From: Leptospiraceae bacterium
GTDB taxonomy: Bacteria; Spirochaetota; Leptospiria; Leptospirales; Leptonemataceae
Length of the DNA stretch: 64,000 nt
Direction: 5' to 3'
Assembly: GCA_040217195.1 (NCBI GenBank)
Contig: JAVJNR010000004.1
Span: 480,001-544,000, forward strand
In this document: in pieces, positions 46,949 to 57,011 of the stretch
How the letters are laid out: every line of letters starts with the position of its first letter
How positions within the stretch are numbered: position 1 is the stretch's first letter
Notes under the pieces: generated by a model
Seen by the model: the letters and a program-made list of their open reading frames with translations, nothing else
Database searches by the model: none
What the model was told of the DNA's origin: nothing
Translations under genes and position numbers: made by a program

Positions 46949-47482
46949 CTAACGATACTCAAATAGAATGCTTTCTGGAATGGGTGCCTCTCCCAGAGGT
47001 CCTATTTCAATTCCTTCTGGTTTTACGGTATTCGGAAAACTATAAATCAGAATCCTTTGAACTCCGGAGCCAGCTGGAATCTTTTCTGTTTCTTTCACCG
47101 GGCTTTCCGTTCCATCGTTATTCAGCACCCGGAATGGATCCTGGGAAGTACTTCCTTGTTTCAAAATCACCTTCGTATGGTCCCAGGTGATCACAGAGCC
47201 GGTCTGATTACTCAGATTGAGATGTACCCAGACAAAACGATGACTTTCCTTTTCCGGTCCGTATCGATATTCGCCCTCAAAGTATTCATCTGGTCCCAGG
47301 TTGATTCTGGTGATCTGAGCCATCCAATTTGGATCCTGCTTCAGGATTTGCCAGGCGCCACCTCCTCCGCAGTGCAGCAGGAGCATGGAAATTAGTATTA
47401 ATACTGATCTGACTATTCTGGATCTATGCATCCAAGCACTGAACAGTCCGCTTGTTACGACTTGATTACATTTATGATACAT
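46949..47482 (-). CDS. Lipoprotein with Ig-like (DUF4352-like) domain; start may be 47430
   Basis: Lipobox LLHC; FVWVHLNLSN, IPAGS...ILIYSFP. Confidence 0.65.
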   Translation of the reverse strand: MYHKCNQVVTSGLFSAWMHRSRIVRSVLILISMLLLHCGGGGAWQILKQDPNWMAQITRINLGPDEYFEGEYRYGPEKESHRFVWVHLNLSNQTGSVITWDHTKVILKQGSTSQDPFRVLNNDGTESPVKETEKIPAGSGVQRILIYSFPNTVKPEGIEIGPLGEAPIPESILFEYR

Positions 47483-47967
47483 GGATCCGAAGTGTCATTT
47501 GAGTGCATTCTGCAATCCGATTTCCAGGGGGTGTCGAATCCCCGCAGAGTCAGTCAAGAGCTCACCGGCATCGTGAGTACATACTACTTCAGGTGTAGTG
47601 AGAAGCGCGGATTCCTTAATTGATTCCAGCTCAACGCCTCTGCTTCACCGAATTTTCGCACATTACCATTCCGAATGCGGAAAGGTGCAGCATTCCAGTT
47701 GCTTATTTTAAGGGCATATTGATCCTTACAGAGTCCAATTCCTGACTCGGAGCAGCGGGCCCGGTCCAGGGAGGTTGTCACGCTCCGGCACGCTAATTGC
47801 AAGTAAAACGATATATCGGATAGAAGGCCGCAGATTGAACTCTAAACCCTGCGGTATATCCAGGGGATGGTGATAAAAAAATAGACCATTCCACGTTCAT
47901 CCGCCCGGCGGATGCAGGAAAACCACAGGCCTTATAGGCCACCGGAAAGAACGGAAGGCAGGACAAG

Positions 47968-49752
47968 ATGATCGATGTAAAGTACGGAAAGCGCAAAGTG
48001 GTAAACTACCGCGGCGCTCGCATGGTGGTAGGCGGCCTTACAGCCAAAAACAAGATCGATATTCTTCTATATATTAGTCGTGAGTTTGCTCAAATCAATA
48101 GCCAGAGCGAACTCTATGACCGCGTACTCACACTATGCGAAGAGATTTTTGAGGTTGATAATATTCATCTCAGACTCTGGAGCCCGGTTCAGGAAAAGCT
48201 GATGCCAGTAAAGTTCATGGCAGAATCCGACCCTCCGGCCAGGCCTCTCGATTCCGGAGAAGGATTCAGCGGCACCGTCTTTACGCACCGTAAATCCATG
48301 CTTGAAGAAGACCTTTCCCGGCATCCGGAGATGATCGACCAGGGTGAGAAAACCAGATGCGTAGTCTGCGTACCCGTCATGTACAGAGATCAGGCTCTTG
48401 GCACTCTTTCCATTGAGAAGCATATCCCTTATTTCTATCGCATGGATGACCTGGAGATTCTAGAAGCCATGGCTTCCCAGCTGGGTCTGGCGCTGAATGA
48501 AGTGGAGCTGGTAGAAGGCCTCATGGAAGCGCGAAACCGAATTGATAGCGACCTTCGAATGGGCCGGAACGTCCAGAGCCATATTATCCCTCGCAGGATT
48601 GATCCCTGGAACGGAGTCCATTTCTACTATCATTATGAACCGATGGTAGAAGTTAGTGGAGACTACTTCAATGTAATCCGTCAGGGAAATACTATGACTG
48701 CAATCATCGCTGATGTTTCCGGTCATGGAGTACCGGCTGCTCTGGTTACCATGGCCCTGCATCATCATTTCCAGCAACTGGCCACCATTAACATTAGTTT
48801 GCCTGAACTGGTGGAAGAGCTGAACAGACAGATTCAGCCCAACCTGCCGGACGGCACTTATTTCACGGCTCAAATTGTAAGAATCTACCAGGATCACAGT
48901 TTCTCCTTTGTAAATGCAGGTCATCATAAGTTGCTGCATTTTGATTACAATACCGAGACCTATGAGGGATTGGACAGCACCGGTATTCCGTTAGGAATCG
49001 CTCGAGTCAGTCGCGAAGAGTACATTGAAAAAAAAGGCCAATTACGACCCGGAGATTTTCTGGTGCTTCTAACGGACGGTTTCGCCGAGCAGAGAAATGA
49101 GGCCGGTGAGCCTGCCGGAGTACAGCGAGTAGCATCCTGGATTCAGGAAGAAAAGAGCCGACTCATGGAAAGGGAACGTGTGGCCATGGCCGATATGCTG
49201 GGGCCATCCTTCCTGGTTCGCTTTGAGGAGTTTACCGGCCAGCGTCCTGCAGAAGATGATTTTGCAATGCTAATTCTTCAAAGCTCTCCTTTTTATGCAT
49301 CCAGCGCAGCCATTCATGAAAAGGCCAGACGAGCACCGAGCTCCGAGGAAAGCCTGAACCTGGCTCTGGAAGCCTATGAAGAAGAACCAAGCTACTTGAA
49401 GAATCTGCTGCTGCTTTCCAAATTAACTTATATGAACAAGGATCTGCATGAATCCGGTCGCTATTTAAGAGAATACATTCACTCAAGCGGTGAGGCCAGC
49501 GCGCAGATCCACTGTATGCTGGGTAACGTTCTGTACCAGACCGGTGAATTCAATGAGGCCAAAGTAAGCTACAAAAGATCTCTTGCAGTAAACCCCGGAT
49601 TCGCCGAGGCTGCCATCATGCTTTCAAGGGTTTACATGCGTGAGGATCGTCCGGCAAGAGCTCAGGATGTACTTCGCATAGCGCATCAATGTTCGCCAGG
49701 GGATGAAAAGATCCGTACTGCCATCAAGAAACTGGATGGAGTAGCTCTTTAA
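47968..49752 (+). CDS. GAF-SpoIIE (RsbU-like PP2C phosphatase)-TPR protein
   Basis: GAF domain (CVPVM...GTL), VSGDYF, IADVSGHGVPAAL, LTDG, EDDFAML, C-terminal TPRs. Confidence 0.92.
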   Translation: MIDVKYGKRKVVNYRGARMVVGGLTAKNKIDILLYISREFAQINSQSELYDRVLTLCEEIFEVDNIHLRLWSPVQEKLMPVKFMAESDPPARPLDSGEGFSGTVFTHRKSMLEEDLSRHPEMIDQGEKTRCVVCVPVMYRDQALGTLSIEKHIPYFYRMDDLEILEAMASQLGLALNEVELVEGLMEARNRIDSDLRMGRNVQSHIIPRRIDPWNGVHFYYHYEPMVEVSGDYFNVIRQGNTMTAIIADVSGHGVPAALVTMALHHHFQQLATINISLPELVEELNRQIQPNLPDGTYFTAQIVRIYQDHSFSFVNAGHHKLLHFDYNTETYEGLDSTGIPLGIARVSREEYIEKKGQLRPGDFLVLLTDGFAEQRNEAGEPAGVQRVASWIQEEKSRLMERERVAMADMLGPSFLVRFEEFTGQRPAEDDFAMLILQSSPFYASSAAIHEKARRAPSSEESLNLALEAYEEEPSYLKNLLLLSKLTYMNKDLHESGRYLREYIHSSGEASAQIHCMLGNVLYQTGEFNEAKVSYKRSLAVNPGFAEAAIMLSRVYMREDRPARAQDVLRIAHQCSPGDEKIRTAIKKLDGVAL

Positions 49753-49780
49753 GCCCTGGCAAAATCGGGACAAAATAAAT

Positions 49781-51118
49781 ATGATACGACTTCTGAAATT
49801 CACGACTCTATTTCTACTCGGTTCAAGCGCCCTGGTGGCAGAAGACATGTCCGATGCCACGCTACGAAACGAAACGAACCTTCTATGGATGTGCATTGCA
49901 GCCTTCCTGGTTTTTTTCATGCAGGCCGGATTTGCATTCGTTGAAGCTGGCTTTACCCGAGCCAAGAATGCAGTGAATATTCTGATGAAGAACGTATCGG
50001 ATTTTTCCGTAGGTGGATTGGCTTTCTTTCTATTTGGTTTTGGAATCATGTTTGGCCCACACATTCTGGAAGGCTTTGGATTCGGCTCCCCGATTCCGTT
50101 CAGCTATTTTGAAAGCACAGATGGCAAGCCAGATCCTAATAGCTTTGGCTTCTTTCTATTTCAGATGGTATTCTGCGGAACCGCAGCCACTATCAGTTCC
50201 GGGGCCATGGCCGAGAGAACCAAATTTCATGCCTATTTGTTCTATTCGCTTCTTGCATCCGGCTTCGTATATCCCATCTTCGGGAGCATGGCCTGGAGTA
50301 ACCTGTTTAATTCAGACACGGAAGGGCTGCTGGTTAAGATGGGTTTCATCGATTTCGCAGGATCCACTGTTGTGCATTCGGTGGGAGCCTGGCTGGGTCT
50401 GGCAGGAACCATCGTTCTTGGTCCTCGCCTGGGCAAATACAGAAAAGATGGAAAGATCATTCCAATATTTGGTCATAACATGAGTATGGCTGCCCTGGGT
50501 ATGTTCATTCTCTGGTTTGGCTGGTATGGATTTAATCCTGGTTCCACAGTTGCTGTGGACGGCGGCGCTTTTGCCTTTGTCGCAGTGACCACAACCCTGG
50601 CCGCCTGTGCCGGGGCCCTGGGTTCAATGTTTCTTTCCTGGGCACTCTTTAAAAGACCCGATATAAGCATGGTAATCAATGGCGCTCTGGCCGGACTGGT
50701 GGCTATTACCGCCCCCTGCTACGATGTGGATCCCCTGGCATCTCTTGCCATTGGTTTTATAGCAGGTCTTGTTGTTGTGGGTGGCGTCATCCTACTGGAC
50801 CATATGCATATAGATGATCCGGTGGGCGCTGTTTCCGTGCATGGTTTTGCCGGTGTCTGGGGCACACTGTCTGTGGGACTGTTCGCGCATCCGGCCTACG
50901 GTTCCGGATCCAGAGGTCTGTTCTACGGCGGCGACTGGGGACTTCTGGGCGTTCAGGCAGCCGGCGTAGGCATCGCCTTTGTATGGGCCCTGGGAATGGG
51001 ACTTCTAATTGCATTTCTCCTTAAGTATACGATTGGACTACGAGTGTCTGAAGAAGAAGAAATTGAAGGCCTGGATATTCTGGAGCATGGAAACGAAGCC
51101 TACCCGGAGCAGGTCTAA
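49781..51118 (+). CDS. amtB: Ammonium transporter
   Basis: FMQAGFAFVEAG, SGAMAER, DFAGSTVVH, WFGWYGFN, DDPVGAVSVHG (twin His intact). Confidence 0.95.
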   Translation: MIRLLKFTTLFLLGSSALVAEDMSDATLRNETNLLWMCIAAFLVFFMQAGFAFVEAGFTRAKNAVNILMKNVSDFSVGGLAFFLFGFGIMFGPHILEGFGFGSPIPFSYFESTDGKPDPNSFGFFLFQMVFCGTAATISSGAMAERTKFHAYLFYSLLASGFVYPIFGSMAWSNLFNSDTEGLLVKMGFIDFAGSTVVHSVGAWLGLAGTIVLGPRLGKYRKDGKIIPIFGHNMSMAALGMFILWFGWYGFNPGSTVAVDGGAFAFVAVTTTLAACAGALGSMFLSWALFKRPDISMVINGALAGLVAITAPCYDVDPLASLAIGFIAGLVVVGGVILLDHMHIDDPVGAVSVHGFAGVWGTLSVGLFAHPAYGSGSRGLFYGGDWGLLGVQAAGVGIAFVWALGMGLLIAFLLKYTIGLRVSEEEEIEGLDILEHGNEAYPEQV

Positions 51119-51143
51119 AGATTCAATTTAGAAACCTCCAGAG

Positions 51144-51180
51144 AAGCGAGTCCTGCCTGTTCGGTGGGGCTCGTTTTTTT
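51144..51180 (+). terminator. Rho-independent terminator of amtB
   Basis: GCGAGTCCTGCC-loop-GGTGGGGCTCGT followed by a T run. Confidence 0.8.
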
Positions 51181-51302
51181 AGCCCGTAGAATTCAAAGCT
51201 TCATACTGAGCGAACTGTATACCGGAATTGTGTATGATCCGACTCAATGCTGAGCCCGGCGAAAGACGGAAATGAAAGATCTCTGATTTCGCGCCCGGCA
51301 TC

Positions 51303-52544
51303 CTATCCCAGAACATCGCCATTGCTTTCTGCACCATCCCCTTCTGGTATTTCAGGCAACTCAAAGTCCATAAACAAATAGACATTGTCGCGAACCGGGC
51401 AGGAAAAGGTAAGAGTTTCTTTCTTGGTCTCAGTGTCTCTGTAAGGAGTGGAAATAATTCCCCGACCATAGTGTTTCATTCGCACGAGGTTGTGCAGGAA
51501 ATAGGGACGCCAGCTCCAATTCATTCTGCGAAATTCCGATCGCAGGGTAAATTCACCGTTTTCATCCCGCTCAAAGTTGGAAGACAATTGATCACCCCGA
51601 TCATCACAGGCATAAATACGATAGCATTTAGGAGGAAGTCCGGACAGTACTCCGCGAAGCACATCATCGGCCATATCAGGATTGACGTTTCCATTTCCAT
51701 TCAATTTGATTTTCATTGAGGCCAGAAGCTCAGAAAGAAGACGATTCATGACTGATTCAATGGTCATCACATTTCTGTTTCTATTCCAGTTTCGATGCAC
51801 CACGGTCTGTAGCACCTGGCGAAGACTATCCTTGAATTGATTTGGCTCTCGAAATCCAGCTTCAGCCGGAGCAAAAAAGTAGCCCTGGACAAATTCGGCA
51901 CCGCTTTCTATAGCACTTTCCAGCTCTCGCTCGGATTCCACGCCTTCAAATAGTACGCTTATGCCAAAATCTCGGGCAAAACTGGCAATATACTCGATCA
52001 AAGAACGATATTCTGGCCTCTGAGAAATTCGCTTCACAAGAGCCATATCCACTTTCACGATATCTGGCTGAAGATGGATCAGTCGATCCATGAAGTTGAA
52101 GTTGAAGTCGTCTACAGCAATTCTGCAACCGGCAGCTCGGTACCGGGCAACCATATCGAATAGTTCATCAAGATCTCCCTGAAATTCATCTTCAGTTATC
52201 TCAATCACTACTCGATTGCCCGAAACTCCCAGGTCATCGAGCATATCCAGAGTTGGCAAACTTTGATGGGATCTGTACTTCCACATCCAGGATGGCTTGA
52301 TATTTACAAATAATTTCTGGTGCGGTGCAATAGAATCTATTGTGCGGAAGGCAGCTTTGCGAATATCTCTGCTGATCTCAATCCGCTCAGCGAGGTCAGA
52401 GTTCTCATCATGAAAGAACGGACCCAGGCTCTGTACAGTACCATCATCCAGGCGAAGCCGACCGAGCACCTCATAACCATAGATACTTCCATCGGCCACA
52501 GACAGGACAGGTTGATAATAAGGGAGTATATCCCCGGGCCTCAT
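51303..52544 (-). CDS. EAL-domain protein with C-terminal YkuI_C (EAL-associated) domain
   Basis: YQP, EVLGR, LFVN, IEITE, VDDF, VKVD, EGVE, QGYFF; C-terminal NWSWRPYF. Start moved to ATG 52544. Confidence 0.9.
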   Translation of the reverse strand: MRPGDILPYYQPVLSVADGSIYGYEVLGRLRLDDGTVQSLGPFFHDENSDLAERIEISRDIRKAAFRTIDSIAPHQKLFVNIKPSWMWKYRSHQSLPTLDMLDDLGVSGNRVVIEITEDEFQGDLDELFDMVARYRAAGCRIAVDDFNFNFMDRLIHLQPDIVKVDMALVKRISQRPEYRSLIEYIASFARDFGISVLFEGVESERELESAIESGAEFVQGYFFAPAEAGFREPNQFKDSLRQVLQTVVHRNWNRNRNVMTIESVMNRLLSELLASMKIKLNGNGNVNPDMADDVLRGVLSGLPPKCYRIYACDDRGDQLSSNFERDENGEFTLRSEFRRMNWSWRPYFLHNLVRMKHYGRGIISTPYRDTETKKETLTFSCPVRDNVYLFMDFELPEIPEGDGAESNGDVLG

Positions 52545-52812
52545 ACTTCCAGATTTTTTTACTCCCATCAAGGGGCAAGATATATATATCATCGAGCATG
52601 AGTGAATTCCCAATCAGGCTGCTCTTGCGGATCTCAGAAAGGCACTCTCGAATCATAAAAGATCAAATTTCATTTCTGATCGCATTCAAAAAAGGTTTGC
52701 GGACATCAACCATGAGCTGCGATCCTGAACCTGCCCCGGGATGACTGAAACATCACTGTCATTTCTCATGGTGGTAAAACAAAGCTGTAAGCAGCAACGC
52801 TTCGGAGAGTTT

Positions 52813-54318
52813 ATGCAAGATTCAAATAACAAAGGAAAGCTACTTCGCCCGGGCGCATTTAGCTGGGTAATGTACGATTGGGCTAATTCTGCGTTCTATA
52901 CAACTGTTGTAGCGGGATTCTTTCCTGCCTTCTTTGATGACTACTGGAGTGCTGGAATGGACTCGGCCACCAGCACTGCGATTTTGGGCTACACCATTGC
53001 CATCGCTTCGGCCATCGTTGCTTTGCTGGCCCCGGTGCTGGGAAGCTTCGCAGATAAAGGTTCACGCAAGAAAAGATTTCTATTCATATTCACAACCCTC
53101 GGGGTGCTCATGACTGCCGGGCTCTATACGGTGGACAAAGGAGATTGGGCCCTGGCTGCAACTCTCTATGTCATTGGCTTCATCGGAGTGCTGGGCTCAG
53201 TGGTGTTTTATGATTCACTGATTGTTTCTGTGAGTGATAGCTCAACTGTGGATAAGCTTTCTGGTCTTGGTTTTTCTGTAGGTTACCTGGGTGGGGGCTT
53301 ACTCTTCCTTGTGAACGTTCTGATGTTTCTTAATCCGCAGTGGTTCGGTTTCGTAGATGAGAAAATCACAGACATTGCAGGCGCAATAGCAGCTACTGAT
53401 CAGAACTTTGCCGCTGTGCAAACGATGGTGGCCGGACTGCCGGAGCAATTCGGAAGTATCAAAGAAGCATTTGCCGGAGTCGCCAATCCGACTGCTGAGC
53501 AGCAGGCCACACTCTATGCAATGATTACTGATCCTGTAGGCGAAGCCAAAGTTATGGCTATCAAAATCTCATTTCTCATGGTAGCTATCTGGTGGGCTGT
53601 TTTCTCCATCCCAATTTTCTTAAACGTTCCTGAACCTGGAACTGGAGAGAAAGTCGCTTTTAAGGAGGCATTCGTGGGTGGCTTCAAGCAATTGGGAGAA
53701 ACCTTTAACGAAATCAGAAAGTATAAGATAGTTCTGGTATTTCTTCTGGCATACTGGTTCTACATCGATGGCGTGGATACAATCATTACCATGGCCGTGA
53801 AATATGGTAAATCCATTGGTTTCGAAACAGGAGATTTGATCGCTGCATTACTTCTGGTTCAATTCATTGGTTTCCCATTCGCCTGGATATTCGGTTGGCT
53901 GGGTCAGAAATTTGGAAGCAAGCGATTGCTCTTTGTTGGGATATTTGCCTATCTATTAATTACTATTCTGGGTGCGAATCTAAGCGTGGAACCCTGGGTT
54001 GTATTCGGTATAAAAATCCCTTCTTTCTATTTGCTGGCCGGAATGGTAGGTATGGTTCAGGGCGGTATTCAGGCATTGAGTCGATCCTACTATGCCAAGA
54101 TTATTCCTGCAGACAAGGCCGGTGAGTTCTTTGGGTTCTATAACATGCTGGGGAAATTTGCCTCCATAATCGGCCCCCTCCTGATGGGATCAGTTGGTCT
54201 GGCCATGGGTGATGTTCGGTATGGAATCCTTTCAGTTAGTATTCTATTCTTGATTGGAGGCGGACTACTCTACTGGGTCAGCATCATTGAAAAGCAGAAT
54301 AAAAAACTGGGTATTTAG
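52813..54318 (+). CDS. MFS transporter, UMF1/ATG22 family
   Basis: SWVMYDWANSAF, GYLGGG, FYIDGVDT, QALSRS, EFFGFY. Confidence 0.9.
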   Translation: MQDSNNKGKLLRPGAFSWVMYDWANSAFYTTVVAGFFPAFFDDYWSAGMDSATSTAILGYTIAIASAIVALLAPVLGSFADKGSRKKRFLFIFTTLGVLMTAGLYTVDKGDWALAATLYVIGFIGVLGSVVFYDSLIVSVSDSSTVDKLSGLGFSVGYLGGGLLFLVNVLMFLNPQWFGFVDEKITDIAGAIAATDQNFAAVQTMVAGLPEQFGSIKEAFAGVANPTAEQQATLYAMITDPVGEAKVMAIKISFLMVAIWWAVFSIPIFLNVPEPGTGEKVAFKEAFVGGFKQLGETFNEIRKYKIVLVFLLAYWFYIDGVDTIITMAVKYGKSIGFETGDLIAALLLVQFIGFPFAWIFGWLGQKFGSKRLLFVGIFAYLLITILGANLSVEPWVVFGIKIPSFYLLAGMVGMVQGGIQALSRSYYAKIIPADKAGEFFGFYNMLGKFASIIGPLLMGSVGLAMGDVRYGILSVSILFLIGGGLLYWVSIIEKQNKKLGI

Positions 54319-54527
54319 GACTGGTATCTGGGCTTCCATGTTGAAGCCCAGTAGCTCAATCCGGGACTCTGACTCAGGGTCCCGGTGGAGTTACTGTGAA
54401 CTTTCTGGCTACCAGGCGCTCTGAAAAGAAGCTCTTTCGCAACACCTGGTAGAATATCCAGATCCTCCCCGACAAATCAAGTAGTAGAATTGGTTGCATC
54501 CAGTGAGCCCTGATTCAGGGATAATCT

Positions 54528-56348
54528 GTGCTATCCGGAATCAAAGAATTCTTCTATTTCTCATCTGAAACCAGCCGCTGGAAACCCTATACTGGACTGG
54601 CTGCGATCCTGGGCATTTTGCACCTGATGAAGCTGGCCTTTTCCCTGGATGGGCAGCTACATCCGGATGAAGCCTACTACTGGGCCTGGTCCCAGATGCC
54701 TGCACTTTCCTATTATGATCAGGGACCGGGTATCGCTTATTATATCTGGCTCTGGACGGCTCTTCTGGGCGATCATTACATAACTCTAAAGCTTGCAGCG
54801 CTCTTTGCTAGCTTTGTCACCATCTACATGTTCTGCCTTGCCGGACTGGAATTGGGCTTTCGCCGATGGCAGCCTGTATTCACTGGAACCATACTTTTTT
54901 TCATTCCTGGCATTCTTGGTGGAAATCATCTAATCATGCATGATTCCATGATGATATTATCCTGGTCAGGTGCACTCTGGATGGCACTACGAGCAATCCG
55001 TTTGCGAAGCAGTGGATCTCTTCTGGGTCTCTTCCTCTTTCTGGGATTGGGCGGACTGTCCAAATACACGATGTTTCTTTTTGCCATCGGATTGATTCTC
55101 TGGCTCATCTTACATCCGAGGTTCAAAGAATTCTGGATCAGGCCAGCCAGCTGGGCCGGGCTAGTTCTGGCCGGTTTGATCATCAGCCCGATCGTTATCT
55201 GGAACTATCAAAATCACTGGGATGGAGTGGGCGCTATCATCCATCTTCGCAGTTCCGGTGGTGTGGACGGCGGCGGCTCCACAACAGCTTATCTGGCCGG
55301 CCAATTCCTGATGTTTTCTCCGATCTGGTTGATTCTCCTAATTGCCCTATCATCGTTGCTGTCCTTTCGCAGGCTCAGGGGTGTATGGAATAAATTCGGT
55401 CCCGGCCATAACAGTGCATCAGAGCTCAAGACCCGGTCGGAAACAACTGAGAAATCCGAGCCCAACCTGCCGGCCCGCCTATCTCCAGAATCCGAGGAAA
55501 CCAGAGCCTCCAGGCATCTGCTCTGGATCATGACTGGAATTCCCTTTCTATTCTTCGCGTTCCTTTCCGGTAGTCGAGAAATTCAGGCGAACTGGGTTTT
55601 TCCAGCGTACGGATCGGCTATCCTGTTGATTGTACATTATCTTTTCCCTGTAGTTTCAAGCCGAACCTTTCGGTTACTTCGCGGTCTATTTCATTTTGGA
55701 TGGTTACCTGTCCTATTGCTGGATTTGTTCTTTCTGTTTTCCATTCCACTGTCTGTCTATCTTCCCATTGAGACCTATCTCGTACCAGGGTATCGCACCC
55801 TGGGATTCAAAGAAGTAATTCAAGGAGTGGAAGATGTTCAGAAGAAGCATCCTACTGCAGCGCTTGTAGCAAATCGGTATCAGGATGCTTCCATTGGCTG
55901 GTTTTACAATAAGGATCAAACATTTGTGCCTTCTATAAACATCATGCAGCGAAATCAATTTAGCTACTGGCCGGGCCTGGAAGAAGGTCAGGACTATCTG
56001 TTCTATCATATCCAGGAGAACACTTGCGAGAAATCGGTAGCCTTTCTGGGAGTGATACTACCCACTTTTTTCGAGGAAGTAATCGAGTACCCGGAACAGG
56101 AAGTGGTGCGAAACAGAAGGGTAATCAAACGTTACCAGGTCTGGTATGCCCGGGACTTCAAAAACCCCTGGGATCAGGGCGTATTTGAATACCTGAAGGA
56201 TGAAGCCATTTACCAGAACATGGTAGGTCTACGGGTACCCAGGCCCGGACAAGTTGTGGACGTAAATGATGCATTCCAGAAGTTCTCCGAACTGTGGATG
56301 CGAATCTATATGTCCAGAAAAGGAAAGCAGAATTGTTCCTATTATTGA
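54528..56348 (+). CDS. ArnT/PMT_2 (GT39/GT83-like) membrane glycosyltransferase
   Basis: DEAYYWAWS...SYYDQGP, LSKYT, PIVIWN, NW. Confidence 0.88.
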   Translation: MLSGIKEFFYFSSETSRWKPYTGLAAILGILHLMKLAFSLDGQLHPDEAYYWAWSQMPALSYYDQGPGIAYYIWLWTALLGDHYITLKLAALFASFVTIYMFCLAGLELGFRRWQPVFTGTILFFIPGILGGNHLIMHDSMMILSWSGALWMALRAIRLRSSGSLLGLFLFLGLGGLSKYTMFLFAIGLILWLILHPRFKEFWIRPASWAGLVLAGLIISPIVIWNYQNHWDGVGAIIHLRSSGGVDGGGSTTAYLAGQFLMFSPIWLILLIALSSLLSFRRLRGVWNKFGPGHNSASELKTRSETTEKSEPNLPARLSPESEETRASRHLLWIMTGIPFLFFAFLSGSREIQANWVFPAYGSAILLIVHYLFPVVSSRTFRLLRGLFHFGWLPVLLLDLFFLFSIPLSVYLPIETYLVPGYRTLGFKEVIQGVEDVQKKHPTAALVANRYQDASIGWFYNKDQTFVPSINIMQRNQFSYWPGLEEGQDYLFYHIQENTCEKSVAFLGVILPTFFEEVIEYPEQEVVRNRRVIKRYQVWYARDFKNPWDQGVFEYLKDEAIYQNMVGLRVPRPGQVVDVNDAFQKFSELWMRIYMSRKGKQNCSYY

Positions 56349-56400
56349 GATTGAAGCTCCTATCCTCCAGAGAACTTCAGTCGAATCCGGACAGGCCAAA

Positions 56401-56991
56401 ATGAAAATCTTCGCAAAGTCTACATCCATAAATCAATCGAACTCAGGCAGATTCGCATTCCTTGCAAAATCATACAGAGCAGAACTGCAATCCGGACCTT
56501 CGAAAGCCAATTCTCCGTCTACCAGAAGATCTGCCAGAAGCCATTCAGGAATCCTGCTGCTTCTGGCTTTCGCTTCTCTATTGATCAGTTGTTCCCGGGA
56601 AAGCTACAATCTGGGACAGAGCGATTATTATAAATTCCATCTGGAAGCAGGAAAAGCCATGTGTGCCAAAATGCAGGAATGCTATGCTCCTTTCCTGCGA
56701 ACACTGCGCCCGGAATATCAAAGACAGGTTAATCGAGAAACCTGCCTGCAGGCCCTGAACAAAGATCTACGGGCCAAAATAGAAATCCATACTCCGGAAA
56801 TGCAGCAGCTATCCAGGGCATGCTACGGACAGTTGCTTCAAAGGAATTGCAAGGAATTCCTGGTTGGCACTGTATTCATCCCGGCCTGCCAGGAGTTAAT
56901 GGAACAGACGTCCGCCGAGTTTCAGAAACATCCTGCATTGATTCGAAAGCTTCTTACAGAAAGCCAATACGGCGATGCAAATGGGAAATAG
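56401..56991 (+). CDS. Cys-rich lipoprotein, LA_2478/LA_2722/LA_4182-like family
   Basis: Lipobox ISC; CAKMQEC, C, C-x8-C, PAC cysteine spacing. Confidence 0.65.
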   Translation: MKIFAKSTSINQSNSGRFAFLAKSYRAELQSGPSKANSPSTRRSARSHSGILLLLAFASLLISCSRESYNLGQSDYYKFHLEAGKAMCAKMQECYAPFLRTLRPEYQRQVNRETCLQALNKDLRAKIEIHTPEMQQLSRACYGQLLQRNCKEFLVGTVFIPACQELMEQTSAEFQKHPALIRKLLTESQYGDANGK

Positions 56992-57011
56992 CCAACCGGA
57001 AAGGAGCCTGG

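Noticed and set aside
47520..47545. GGATTCGAC on the minus strand, suggesting tmRNA or tRNA
   Set aside because: No acceptor stem, T-arm with CCA end, tag reading frame or cloverleaf could be built.
52708..52772. ACCATGAG...CTCATGGT stem upstream of the MFS gene as a riboswitch
   Set aside because: No recognisable aptamer consensus or expression platform.
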